Of a stretch of DNA of 53,441 nucleotides, positions 1-9,408 are shown piece by piece; position 1 is the first letter of the stretch; every line of letters begins with the position of its first letter. Where the stretch lies: NCBI GenBank assembly GCA_035271785.1, contig DATERH010000051.1, forward strand, positions 1 to 53,441, read 5' to 3'. The translations under genes and the position numbers were made by a program. The notes under the pieces are model-generated. The model saw only the letters and a list, made by a program, of their open reading frames with translations, was not told where the DNA came from and did no database searches. The DNA is from Buttiauxella sp. GTDB lineage: Bacteria > Pseudomonadota > Gammaproteobacteria > Enterobacterales > Enterobacteriaceae.

Positions 1-348
1 CATCAATGTCATGACGATCGTCAGTTGCCAGTGAAGCTCGGGATTTCCGGTAGACAGAGGAACCACGACGGCCGCAATAACCGCGCAAGTTGTTGCATCA
101 GGGCCAACAATAAGCTGACGGGAAGAACCGAAGAGCGCATAGGCTATCATCGGTAAAACGCAGGAATACAGCCCTACGATAGCCCCCACACCAGCCAACT
201 CGGCATAAGCAATAGCAACAGGAAGTGCTACGGCTGCAACGGATAACCCAGCTTTAACATCCTGTTTTAGCCAGTTTTTATCGTACGATAATAAATTTTT
301 TAACCCTGGCATGTAGTTTAATAAAACTTTTCCGAACACTTTATTCAC
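1..348 (-). CDS. SulP (SLC26) family anion transporter, 5' part (runs off window start)
   Basis: Manual translation from GTG 348 (AGGA SD at 357-360) gives ...QDVKAGLSVAAVALPVAIAYAELAG...GLYSCVLPMIAYALFGSSRQLIVGPDA, the typical SulP N-terminal motif. Confidence 0.9.
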   Translation of the reverse strand, partial: MNKVFGKVLLNYMPGLKNLLSYDKNWLKQDVKAGLSVAAVALPVAIAYAELAGVGAIVGLYSCVLPMIAYALFGSSRQLIVGPDATTCAVIAAVVVPLSTGNPELHWQLTIVMTLM

Positions 349-429
349 CTGAGATATCCTCAATTAGAGATAAAGGTACACGGAACCGCCTCAACAGATC
401 CTGCTATTTTCAGGGTAAAACAGGAAATC

Positions 430-918
430 CAGATGGTGCATATTTGCGGCCACTGTTTTCACGTTAAATATCAGACCCTGTTTGTGTCATTCATCCGCCA
501 GGCGTGGAGCACCGTAACGTTGTTTAGCCTGTGCAAAGGCGCCACTGACAATACGCTCACAGTGCTGGCAATACTGCTGGTAATACTGCTGGTAATACTG
601 CTGGTAATACTGCTGGTGCAGGTTGAGCCCACCACGTTTCTGACGCCAGGCGTACCAGCCGCTGCGGGAAATGCGAAGCCTACGGGTCGTCGATTTGATG
701 CTGAACTTAGCCTGATGTTTTTCGATAAAGACACTTCATTCATTGCCGTGGCAGCGGCGATAACGGTGTAATTCTGATCAAGGACTCACTGAGCGGCCTC
801 AAGTCTTAACTCAGGGCTGAAATTACATCTGTTACTTCTGGTCATTGTGTCACCTGTTTTGACTATGAGGCGATGATATAACCTCTATTCAGGGGGCCAG
901 ATTCAGTATTCCACTTCA
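430..918 (-). mobile_element. Degenerate IS3-family insertion sequence relic (IS911-like left end and orfA start joined to an IS3-like orfB fragment)
   Basis: Terminal TGAAGTGGAATACTGAATCTGGCCCCCTGAATAGAG (918-883) resembles the IS911 IRL as recalled. OrfA from ATG 845 reads MTRSNRCNFSPELRLEAAQ*VLDQNYTV. A second frame reads [13 protein letters not shown]...SRSGWYAW...[13 protein letters not shown]...FNVKTVAA, like IS3 OrfB. Internal stops present. Confidence 0.85.
563..617. repeat. 12-bp tandem repeat (TGCTGGTAATAC, about 4.5 copies)
   Basis: tgctggcaatac (tgctggtaatac)x3 tgctggt read directly. Confidence 0.95.
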
Positions 919-1255
919 GGTTGCAGGTATGGATAAATATTATCCCAGATCAATATATTGATAAGTATGCTAATGATAATATTTGTTACAATTTCAACAT
1001 TTACATATATGGTTAGGCACTTCACGTATTGATCCATGACCAGATTGAGCAAAAACGACGGTCACAACGATGTACCTGAATGGGTGCACTGAGTAATTTC
1101 AGAGAGTGAGTGCTTTCCATGCCGGATTTGCTTTTCCGGCGCACGTGGCCACAGTTGTAAGAGTCGAGTCCAACAAACGACCGGATAGACCACGGATTCA
1201 GGCAGAAAATATTACTGCGTTATTATGATGTTATCGATTTTGTTATGGGGGTTTA

Positions 1256-2815
1256 ATGCCGTTCAGGCTCTTAAAAGCACGCGAATTTAAAATTCGGTTG
1301 GGGCGCGCTATTATCGTTAGCCTGCTACTCATCTTTCTAGGTTATACCATCGCATTCTGGCAGGCCGTCTCGAACACCAAGCAAGAAGCCGAGACTCGCC
1401 TGCAACAAGTCCAGCAGAAAGTGGATCAGACTCTGGATAACGCCCAACTGGCCGCTATTACTCTCAGCAAGGACCTCGGCAAACCCTGTCAGGAGGTAGA
1501 GCCGCTATTGAGGATGTTGTTGACCGACTCACCGGATGTGCACAGTATCAATCTGGTTCATGGGGATCACATTTATTGTTCTTCCCTCTACGGCCCCGTT
1601 CAGACTCACATCAATTTTGATAATTACCAGCAGGGTAAGCTCATACTCATGAAGGGCAATGAGCTGAAGGCAAATCAGCCGCTTATCGTCTATCGGGAGA
1701 TTGTTGGTAACGATAGCATTGTGGTGAAGCTTTTTGGTGAACATTTGCTCTCTGAACTCGACATGATAAATATGAGTTCACCCATGAGCCTGGTGGTGGG
1801 AGATCAGCGGTGGCAATACAATATCACCCCCACCGATCAGCGTTTTCCCCTTAAAACACCCGGTTATCTGGAACAGGCATCGACAAAGTACCCACTTCGG
1901 CTCGTCACGCTCCTGTCTACCACTGACTATCTGTCCCAAATGCGGCATTTTTCTCAATTCAGTCTCCTCGCCTGGACTCTCCTGGGTCTGTTGGCTGGCG
2001 TATGGGTATTCAAAAGAGCCGGGCGTATGAATTCACCTGGGCAGGAGTTGCAACGGGCGTTGAATCAGCGGGAATTCTTTCCTTACCTCCAACCGGTAGT
2101 GTCCGGGGAAGATACTCGCTGGACGGGCTGCGAAGTGTTGATGCGTTGGCAGCATCCACACCAGGGCATGATCCCGCCGGACCGGTTTATCCCGATGGCG
2201 GAAGACACGGGTCTTATCATCCCGATGACCCGGGTTCTGATGGAGCAGGTTTGCGAACAGTTTGCACCTCGGGCCCATCAGTTGCCCAAGGATTTCCATT
2301 TTGCGTTCAATATCAGTGCCGGTCACTGCAAGGACCTTAGTTTGCTGGAGGATTGCAAGGCGTTTCTCCATGCCTTCCGGCACAACCCCATCATACTCGT
2401 GCTGGAGTTGACTGAACGGGAACTGTTGGTGGCCGATGAAGTTACGGACAGGTTGATTGCGGAACTGCACAAGTTGGGCGTGTTAATCGCAATCGACGAT
2501 TTCGGTACCGGTAATTCCAGCCTACGGTATCTCCAGGACTTCAGCATCGATGTGCTCAAAATCGACAGGAGCTTCGTCAGCATGATTGGAACCGACGCAC
2601 TTTCTGCCCATATTGTCGATAACGTCATCGATCTGGCAAACCGACTCGGCCTGCAACTGGTGGCTGAAGGTGTGGAGAACGATGAGCAGTCTGACTACCT
2701 GAAGATGCGTCACGTGACGTTCCTGCAAGGATATTTATATGGTAGACCCATGCCAATGACGGAGTTTATCAGCCAACTTCCCCCCTTGCAGCCAGACGTC
2801 AAACAGACGTTGTAG
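1256..2815 (+). CDS. CSS-domain/EAL c-di-GMP phosphodiesterase, membrane bound
   Basis: N-terminal TM; periplasmic domain with KPC...YCSS cysteines; second TM; EAL domain with CEVLMRW, FNIS, ELTE, DDFGTG, KID, AEGVE, QGY. Confidence 0.93.
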   Translation: MPFRLLKAREFKIRLGRAIIVSLLLIFLGYTIAFWQAVSNTKQEAETRLQQVQQKVDQTLDNAQLAAITLSKDLGKPCQEVEPLLRMLLTDSPDVHSINLVHGDHIYCSSLYGPVQTHINFDNYQQGKLILMKGNELKANQPLIVYREIVGNDSIVVKLFGEHLLSELDMINMSSPMSLVVGDQRWQYNITPTDQRFPLKTPGYLEQASTKYPLRLVTLLSTTDYLSQMRHFSQFSLLAWTLLGLLAGVWVFKRAGRMNSPGQELQRALNQREFFPYLQPVVSGEDTRWTGCEVLMRWQHPHQGMIPPDRFIPMAEDTGLIIPMTRVLMEQVCEQFAPRAHQLPKDFHFAFNISAGHCKDLSLLEDCKAFLHAFRHNPIILVLELTERELLVADEVTDRLIAELHKLGVLIAIDDFGTGNSSLRYLQDFSIDVLKIDRSFVSMIGTDALSAHIVDNVIDLANRLGLQLVAEGVENDEQSDYLKMRHVTFLQGYLYGRPMPMTEFISQLPPLQPDVKQTL

Positions 2816-2935
2816 AAAGACGAAATTAAATAGTGTAAGTCGAAGACAGCCAATAAATCAGAACGACAATTCTGACCAAGTATTAACGTAGTGGGTCACT
2901 TTTGTCGTCACATAACACATGTAGAGGATCCTCAT

Positions 2936-4672
2936 ATGGTGAATAATAATAATGGGAGCGCGAACCCTCCCGCGAATGTGATCTCCTCCATGCTTAAGCA
3001 GTCACACTCGCTGTCTGTTTATGCCCAGGACATGCCCTATGCTCTGAATGCGGAAATTACTGAGCTGGAGTTGAGTACCGGGCAAATGGTGCTGGAAGTA
3101 GAATATGCCGGCTCGGATATAGAACGATATCTGACCAGAGACAGTCTAAGTTTTGACCTGGAAGCACTGAAAGGGCCACACCTTAATGTAAGAGAGAGTT
3201 ACAGTCTGAGTAATATTTCTGTCAAATTAATCAAGACAGACTGGATGTCGTATCGTCTCGAGTGCCAGCTTCCGGAATCGGTCTTAGTGAATGAAAACAG
3301 AAGCTCGGTTCGAATCCCCTTAATCCTGGGTATGTCTGCCCGCGTCAATATCGAAGTCTTTCAGCATGAACTGAATGTGCAGGGCCGGCTGCGTAACCTG
3401 TCAACGGGTGGCTGCCTGATCGACGTGAATATGGATGAGAGCATCGCGCTGGGGATAAACCAGGAAATTCCCGGGGTGACGCTGGAATTCCCTAACGGCG
3501 ATCGTTTTTTTGCCAAAGGCAACATTCGCCACATCCGTCCCTTCGGTAACCATGGTTATGTCGCAGTGGGTATTCAGTTTCTTGACTTGTCGCCAGACCA
3601 GACGGAATCCATTTTCCATTACGTGAATGAATCAGAAAGAGAGGTCATTTACCGTACTGGAAGTAATGACAAACTGAATTCACCCTCCCCTTTGTTCATC
3701 CCTGGTACCCGGGAGAAAAACATTTTGCATCGAGAGACACTGGAGCAAGAAAAACTTGCCCGCCAGGCCCCCATGGAGCGCGGAGTAATAGAGGTGGCGC
3801 ATAAGCTCCAGGTGGGTCTGATGTACATCAAGACCAATAACCTGTTTCCTTCTGAAATCTTCTATGACTGCGTCGATACTCTGCGTTTCTTGCTAGATAA
3901 AAATCGTAAAGATTTCCTGTATGCCCTGGCATTTTTACGGGATGAGCCCGACTGGGTCAGGCAAGCGGTGCAGGTTACGGGACAACTGGCCGACATGCTG
4001 CTGAGCCGCGACCCGTATGATGCACAGGTGCGAGAAGCAATGCTGGGCGCACTGCTGCATAACATGGGTAAACCACTTCTGATCAGTGCAAATTTGCCGT
4101 CGCTTAAAATCACGATGAATCCTGCCCAGAAGACCCTACTCAAGGAGCACGTGGTCACTTTACGTAAGAAGTTGCTTGAAATAGGCTGGGAGCCCAGCTC
4201 GACCTGCTGTGATGTAATCGAAAATGCTAACGAATGTCTTGATGGCACGGGTTATCCCGCCGGTAAAAACGCCGGGGAGTTGTCTGAGCTTGTTCGTACT
4301 ATCTCGGTGATCAAGGTGGTTAACAAGCTACTCTATACTCGCAACGGTATACCGCCACACACACCACTAGATGCCTACCGTCAGGTCAACGAGTTTGGTC
4401 CGGCCTTTGATAAAACGGTTCTGGTTGAGTACATCCAGAACTTTGGCCTGTATCCCATCGGGAGCCTGGCTAAATATTCGGGTGGATTCCTCGCATGGGT
4501 GATGGACATCGATAGTAAAGGTAAACCTGTGAAGGTGCATGTTGTTAAGAATCTTCGCTTTCCTGATACCAACAATAACAGTGTGATTTCCCTAAGCGAC
4601 TTGTCACAGATTGGCAAGCTGGAAGACATCGTCAACCCTGCTGATTTCGGGATTAAGATCTTAAAAATTTAG
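2936..4672 (+). CDS. PilZ + degenerate HD-GYP domain protein
   Basis: RSSVR (RxxxR) and NLSTGG ([D/N]xSxxG) PilZ motifs; LLHNMGK, ANECLDGTGYP, GLYPIGS HD-GYP-like motifs. Start placed at ATG 2936 after GAGG. Confidence 0.85.
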   Translation: MVNNNNGSANPPANVISSMLKQSHSLSVYAQDMPYALNAEITELELSTGQMVLEVEYAGSDIERYLTRDSLSFDLEALKGPHLNVRESYSLSNISVKLIKTDWMSYRLECQLPESVLVNENRSSVRIPLILGMSARVNIEVFQHELNVQGRLRNLSTGGCLIDVNMDESIALGINQEIPGVTLEFPNGDRFFAKGNIRHIRPFGNHGYVAVGIQFLDLSPDQTESIFHYVNESEREVIYRTGSNDKLNSPSPLFIPGTREKNILHRETLEQEKLARQAPMERGVIEVAHKLQVGLMYIKTNNLFPSEIFYDCVDTLRFLLDKNRKDFLYALAFLRDEPDWVRQAVQVTGQLADMLLSRDPYDAQVREAMLGALLHNMGKPLLISANLPSLKITMNPAQKTLLKEHVVTLRKKLLEIGWEPSSTCCDVIENANECLDGTGYPAGKNAGELSELVRTISVIKVVNKLLYTRNGIPPHTPLDAYRQVNEFGPAFDKTVLVEYIQNFGLYPIGSLAKYSGGFLAWVMDIDSKGKPVKVHVVKNLRFPDTNNNSVISLSDLSQIGKLEDIVNPADFGIKILKI

Positions 4673-4684
4673 GTGTAGAAGTAG

Positions 4685-4766
4685 CAGCCTTGGGCTGGTT
4701 TTTTGCTTTTGGGGATTCCAGTAGATTTTAGGACAGAGCCCCAGGCGATAGCTATCACCTGGGGCT
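4685..4766. terminator. Terminator hairpins between convergent genes
   Basis: cagcc-ttg-ggctg followed by a T-run (4685-4704); near-perfect palindrome agccccaggcgatagctatcacctggggct (4737-4766). Confidence 0.55.
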
Positions 4767-4840
4767 GGGTACGTTGTTATTTCATCGCTGATGCAGGAAA
4801 TAACGCCGCTGTTATTTCAAAGCAACATCAATCTACTAAT

Positions 4841-6271
4841 TTATTGAATACCATTAATTTTATTCAATTCCTTTTCCATTTTGAGTGTCGTTGCTTTATT
4901 CAATGGGTAGAAGTAAATCAAGACTATTGCAGAAGCAAACAAACAAAATGCCGGTAGAAGGTTTGCCAGGGTATAAATGTTTTCCTGGACCGCAAGGCTT
5001 TGTACTGCTCCACCTGTTGAGGAAGATTTATAGTCGATTAACGCCAACATAAACCCACCAATCCCACCTGCACACGCCTGACCGACCTTTCTTGCAAAGA
5101 AGTTCACACCGTAAACGGTACCATCTTCACGGTCTCCAGTTACATACTGGTGATAGTCGCAGACATCTGTCATGAATGCCCAGATCATCAAGTTGAATAA
5201 ACCAGCGCCCAGTGTGGCCAGGAACAGGAAGACCAAATAGGTTTTCGCATCTGTTATGTGGGAAAAATACATAATCAAATACATTGCCACTGAAAATAGC
5301 AGCGCAGAAACACTCGCCTCTTTCTTACCAAATCGTTTTGTCAAAAAGGATGCGGAAGGTGCCAGTAAAACGAGAGAACCAAAGGTGAACAGTAATGCGA
5401 TGGACATTGACTGTTTATCATGGAAATAATCATTGAACAGGTATGTCATGTTTGTGCCGGACAAGCCCTGATTGACCACGATAAGCAGATCAACAATAAC
5501 CAGAACAATCAATGCTTTATTTCTAAGCAAAGCTTTAATCAACTGCCCAGCAGGGACTTTTTCTTTTGTTTCAACACGAACACGCTCGGTGGTTAATTTG
5601 CATGTCAGTGTCAGGAAGATGAAAGCAATACATGCACAACCGATGGAGATCCAGAAGAAATGTTCGCCAGAAATAACCTGACTTCCATCGACGAGAGTTT
5701 TGTACATCAGGATCGGAATAAAGAACCCTGTTGTTCCACCACCGATCGCAGCACCCACACTTCTGTATGTAGAAAGGGAAACGCGATCATCCGGGTTGGA
5801 GCTGATGGCGGCTGACATAGCGCCATAAGGAATGCTGACTGTCGATAAAATGGCGCCGTAGATAAAGTATGAAATACAGATATAAGCAATTTTGCCTGTG
5901 TAGGATAGATCATGGGCAAACGGCAGGAACAATACCACGACAATCGCGCATAAAGGATATTTCATGCGTCGGATCCAGGGATTGAAACGACCCGTTGCGG
6001 TCAGTTTCGAGGTATCACACAGACGGCCAACAGTCACATCAACAAACGCATCGAAGAGTTTAGTACCAAAGTACAGTGTACCGACCACGACGCCAGAAAC
6101 ACCGAGAACATTGGTGTAGTAAATCATTAAAAAGCTATTAACCAAGCCCAATAAAAAGCATGTGCCCAAGTCACCGCACATGTAGCCAATTTTGTCTCTA
6201 TAGCCAAAAGGTTTTACTTTAATTTTTTTGACGCTTTCATCAACCAGAGTTCCAGAAGTCATACCATTCAT
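4841..6271 (-). CDS. Glycoside-pentoside-hexuronide (GPH/MFS) cation symporter
   Basis: DKIGYMCGD, FDAFVD..VG..CD, GRFNPW, IPYGAM, GDREDG motifs; multiple TM segments. Likely start ATG 6271 or 6262 near AGGGG. Confidence 0.9.
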   Translation of the reverse strand: MNGMTSGTLVDESVKKIKVKPFGYRDKIGYMCGDLGTCFLLGLVNSFLMIYYTNVLGVSGVVVGTLYFGTKLFDAFVDVTVGRLCDTSKLTATGRFNPWIRRMKYPLCAIVVVLFLPFAHDLSYTGKIAYICISYFIYGAILSTVSIPYGAMSAAISSNPDDRVSLSTYRSVGAAIGGGTTGFFIPILMYKTLVDGSQVISGEHFFWISIGCACIAFIFLTLTCKLTTERVRVETKEKVPAGQLIKALLRNKALIVLVIVDLLIVVNQGLSGTNMTYLFNDYFHDKQSMSIALLFTFGSLVLLAPSASFLTKRFGKKEASVSALLFSVAMYLIMYFSHITDAKTYLVFLFLATLGAGLFNLMIWAFMTDVCDYHQYVTGDREDGTVYGVNFFARKVGQACAGGIGGFMLALIDYKSSSTGGAVQSLAVQENIYTLANLLPAFCLFASAIVLIYFYPLNKATTLKMEKELNKINGIQ

Positions 6272-6320
6272 TCCCCTATATTTGCTGACATCAAACTGTA
6301 CTGTGAATCCCAATGTCGCC

Positions 6321-6396
6321 ACTTTATGTTTAATTTTGGACAAAAACCTTTTTACTATGGCCAAATACTGGAACCAACTGGCATAAAAATTGAGAA
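6321..6396 (-). promoter_or_regulatory. RhaS-type activated promoter of the GPH transporter
   Basis: Minus strand TTCTCAATTTTTATGCCA-N15-TGGCCATAGTAAAAAGGT-N19-TAAAGT. The AAGGT-N19-(-10) spacing matches E. coli PrhaBAD as recalled. Confidence 0.55.
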
Positions 6397-6417
6397 AACC
6401 AAACCACGTAATAAATA

Positions 6418-6433
6418 TGTGAATCAGTTCAAA
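6418..6433. promoter_or_regulatory. CRP site (near consensus)
   Basis: TGTGA-atcagt-TCAAA. Confidence 0.55.
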
Positions 6434-6492
6434 AAACGAATTTAAATTAAATTTAATAGTTAAGAGTTGTTTCCAAATAAATGTTCCCCATC

Positions 6493-6508
6493 TGTGAAAG
6501 CCTTCACA
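6493..6508. promoter_or_regulatory. CRP site (consensus core)
   Basis: TGTGA-aagcct-TCACA in the divergent sugar-gene intergenic region. Confidence 0.75.
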
Positions 6509-6584
6509 AAATCCTACTTACTCATTTGACAAGGACATAATTTCGCGCGTGTTCATTGGCAGTAACCGTTTGAAGGTCGTGTCC

Positions 6585-7232
6585 ATGTTTCGTTTGCAGC
6601 AAACCGGCTTTTTTGACCACAATAAGGTCCTCAGTGTGTTATCGCGCGCGCCGCAAAAACCCTTTCCTGAGTACAGCCATGCGTTCCACGAAATGGTGCT
6701 TTTCAAATCTGGCTACGTCTGGGGGGGGCGGCTACCCTATCCCCAGCAGCAACAAAGCGAGCTACTGCTGCGCCAGATTGCGGAGGAAAACAGCCGCCAG
6801 GATGACTGCTCATCCGTAATGAGCGAGGCGCTATTTTCCCAGTTGGCCGTGCTGCTCTGGCGCACGCATCAACAGGGTGATGAAGTTAGTTACAAGGGAA
6901 ACAGGGATCAGGAATGACTATTGGCCCTCATCAATTATCTCGATGAAAATTACCGTGACGATATCGACTGGAGCGAATTGTCTGAGCGTTTTACCATTCC
7001 ACGGCGAACACTGAATCGGAAAATACAGGAACATACTGGTTTGCCCCCGAACAGATATCTTGGGCGAGTTCGGATTTGTCGTGCCTCTGGGTTACTCAGT
7101 CACACCAGAAAGTCTGTTACAGATATTGCTTTTGAATGCGGATTTAATGATGGAAATTATTTTTCCAGTAAATTTCACCGCGATTTTGATATGACGCCAC
7201 TGCAATATAGAAAGCATTACAAACAATCTTAA
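6585..7232 (+). pseudogene. rhaS: RhaS/RhaR-like AraC regulator, internally deleted with premature stop
   Basis: RAPQKPFPEYSHAFHEMV resembles the RhaS N-terminus. In-frame TGA at 6915-6917 separates it from the AraC HTH (SVTDIAFECGFNDGNYFS...FDMTP). Total about 215 codons, shorter than RhaS. Confidence 0.75.
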
Positions 7233-7331
7233 ATTCACGGCTGCACTATTTACCTCGCAGGCTGACAGTCCAAGGGAATCCCCCCGTAACCAGCTAAATT
7301 TCCCCCTTACTTTAAGATGATTTTCAGGGAA

Positions 7332-7407
7332 GTCTTGAAAATATGGTCACAATTCCGCTACCAGTGGCAGCCCTGTTGAGGTATGGCCGGTTACCATCGG
7401 CTATAGT
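7332..7407 (+). promoter_or_regulatory. RhaS-type activated promoter of rhaD
   Basis: GTCTTGAAAATATGGTCA-N15-TGGCAGCCCTGTTGAGGT-N19-TATAGT; same geometry as the transporter promoter. Confidence 0.55.
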
Positions 7408-7450
7408 GGTTGTAATTAGCAAGGCTCTTCAACGCAAGGTAGAGGGAATA

Positions 7451-8278
7451 ATGCAGCAGATTGAATTCAATGCAGCCGTATTGGCTGAAATCGAAAAAGT
7501 GGTCGAGGTATCTGCCTATTTATGGCAACGGGAGTGGGCTGAACGCAACGGTGGTAACATCTCCGTCGATCTCACCGATATCTTTGGGCCAGCGCCTACC
7601 GACCTAAGCACCCTCCCCCACTGCCCGCTATCCATGGTGGGGGGCGAAGGCTCCTTCCCGGCAGACAGTGCCGGTCACATCTTCTTTGTCAAAGGCACAG
7701 GAGAGCGCATTCGTGAGCTGCGCCGCCCAGAGCTTGCAGGCTGCGTCCTGCGAATCGATGATGAAGCCAAGGGTTATCATATTCTGTGGGGTGGCCGTGG
7801 CCTGCACGACTACCAGCCCACCAGCGAATTCATCTCCCATGTGGAGATAATTATGGACAAACAGCGCCGTGGTTGTGCTGACCGCTGCGTGGTTCATACC
7901 CATCCGCTGGAACTGATCGCCCTTTCGCATCATCCGCGCTATGCCCGTGATAGTGCATCCTACACCCATGCCTGCTGGAAGATGCTGCCCGAGGTCCGGG
8001 CCTTCGTTCCGCGCGGTATCGGTGTAGTGCCCTACTGCATGCCAGGAAGCCAGACCATGGCAGAAGGTACAACCGCAGCTCTGAGCCAACACGATGTAGC
8101 CATCTGGGAAAAGCACGGTGCCGTGGCAACAGGTAAAGATGCGCTGATGGCGTTTGACTTTGTTGATGTGGCAAACAAAGGGGCCAAGCTGTATCTGATG
8201 TGCCTGGCTAGCGGCTTCGAGCCGGAAGGGGTCAGCCCCGAAGACATGAAAGAGCTGCAGGAAACGTTCGGCCTCTAG
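7451..8278 (+). CDS. rhaD: Rhamnulose-1-phosphate aldolase (class II aldolase)
   Basis: WAERNGGNISV, PTSEF, HTHP, WEKHG motifs; ATG 7451 after GAGGG. Confidence 0.88.
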   Translation: MQQIEFNAAVLAEIEKVVEVSAYLWQREWAERNGGNISVDLTDIFGPAPTDLSTLPHCPLSMVGGEGSFPADSAGHIFFVKGTGERIRELRRPELAGCVLRIDDEAKGYHILWGGRGLHDYQPTSEFISHVEIIMDKQRRGCADRCVVHTHPLELIALSHHPRYARDSASYTHACWKMLPEVRAFVPRGIGVVPYCMPGSQTMAEGTTAALSQHDVAIWEKHGAVATGKDALMAFDFVDVANKGAKLYLMCLASGFEPEGVSPEDMKELQETFGL

Positions 8279-8373
8279 CGAACCCGCACCTCACAGCGTC
8301 ATAACCCTGGCTCCTGCCAAAAACAGGGGCCATATTAAATCCGAAAACCTGGCCACCCGCATCTTTCGCCTGA

Positions 8374-9288
8374 CTAACCCCGTACCTCAGAAACAAGGTA
8401 ATCAACGAAGGCCCTGACTCTCGCTGACAGATGCCTGTTTTGCGGGTAAAGCACGTAAAAAGGGCGTGAACATCCGCCAATGTCTTGCAGCACTTCCACT
8501 AATCGCCCCTGTGCCACCGCCTCTTTTGCGACAAAATGATAAATCTGGAACAACCCACCTCCAGCAATCGCCCACCCTACGCTTGCGAGAACATCCTCGT
8601 GCACCCGCTGTCTGCTACTGAAATTAAAATCAATATTCTCAGACTTATTATTTTTGAAAATCCACGGCATCGGGCGGCCCGTGCTGGGTAAAATAAATTG
8701 AATCAAATCATGACCGTGCAATGCTTCCAGTGCTTGCGGCCGTCCACGTTTTGCCAAATATGCCGGAGAACAGAAAACGCCCACACTGGCATCTTCCAGC
8801 TTGCGAGCCACCACCCGCGAGTCTTGAGGTTCACCCAGACGTATCGCAAGATCATAGCCATCTTCAACAAAGTCGATATTTCGATTCGAGATATTGAGTT
8901 CAATCTCAATATCCGGATATGCCGACATAAATGCCGGTAAAAGTGGCGCTAAGCGATGATGCCCGTAAACCGTTCCCACACTCAGCCGCAACAAACCTTT
9001 TGGCTGGATATGTTGCCCCGAGATAATGCGCTCAGCTTCGGCAATTTGGTCAAGTGCCTGCTGACATTGCACATAATATAATTGCCCATCACTGGTTAGC
9101 CTGACATTCCGCGTCGTCCGGTTAAACAGCCTTACACCCAACCGTGTTTCGAGCCGACCAATGGAGCGGCTAACCGAGGCTGGTGTGATGCCCAACATTT
9201 CTGCCGCGCCGGTGAAGCTCCCTTGTTCAGCAGCTTTGCAAAAAAGCTCAATACTCCCGAGCTGCACAGATTCAAATGAGCGAGACAT
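8374..9288 (-). CDS. LysR-type regulator (CrgA/DmlR-like)
   Basis: GSFTGAAEMLG..ASVSRSI.RLE..LGVRLFNRTTR HTH; DFVEDGYDLAIR; LSARVRAFVD. Confidence 0.93.
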   Translation of the reverse strand: MSRSFESVQLGSIELFCKAAEQGSFTGAAEMLGITPASVSRSIGRLETRLGVRLFNRTTRNVRLTSDGQLYYVQCQQALDQIAEAERIISGQHIQPKGLLRLSVGTVYGHHRLAPLLPAFMSAYPDIEIELNISNRNIDFVEDGYDLAIRLGEPQDSRVVARKLEDASVGVFCSPAYLAKRGRPQALEALHGHDLIQFILPSTGRPMPWIFKNNKSENIDFNFSSRQRVHEDVLASVGWAIAGGGLFQIYHFVAKEAVAQGRLVEVLQDIGGCSRPFYVLYPQNRHLSARVRAFVDYLVSEVRG

Positions 9289-9408
9289 TTATTACCTCAG
9301 GTAACTAATGAAGTTCAACTGAGGCAGTTTATTCGACCGAAAGGAATGAGTAAATTCTCAGCATCAGAAATTACACATTGACTCATTAGCAACCCATCCA
9401 TCAGGAAT

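Noticed and set aside
563-617. Possible CRISPR array
   Set aside because: Head-to-tail 12-mers without spacers; no cas genes in the window
433-771. 112-aa Leu/Val-rich ORF (+) and 90-aa ORF (-)
   Set aside because: Shadow frames of the IS relic; the hydrophobic stretch comes from the 12-bp repeat
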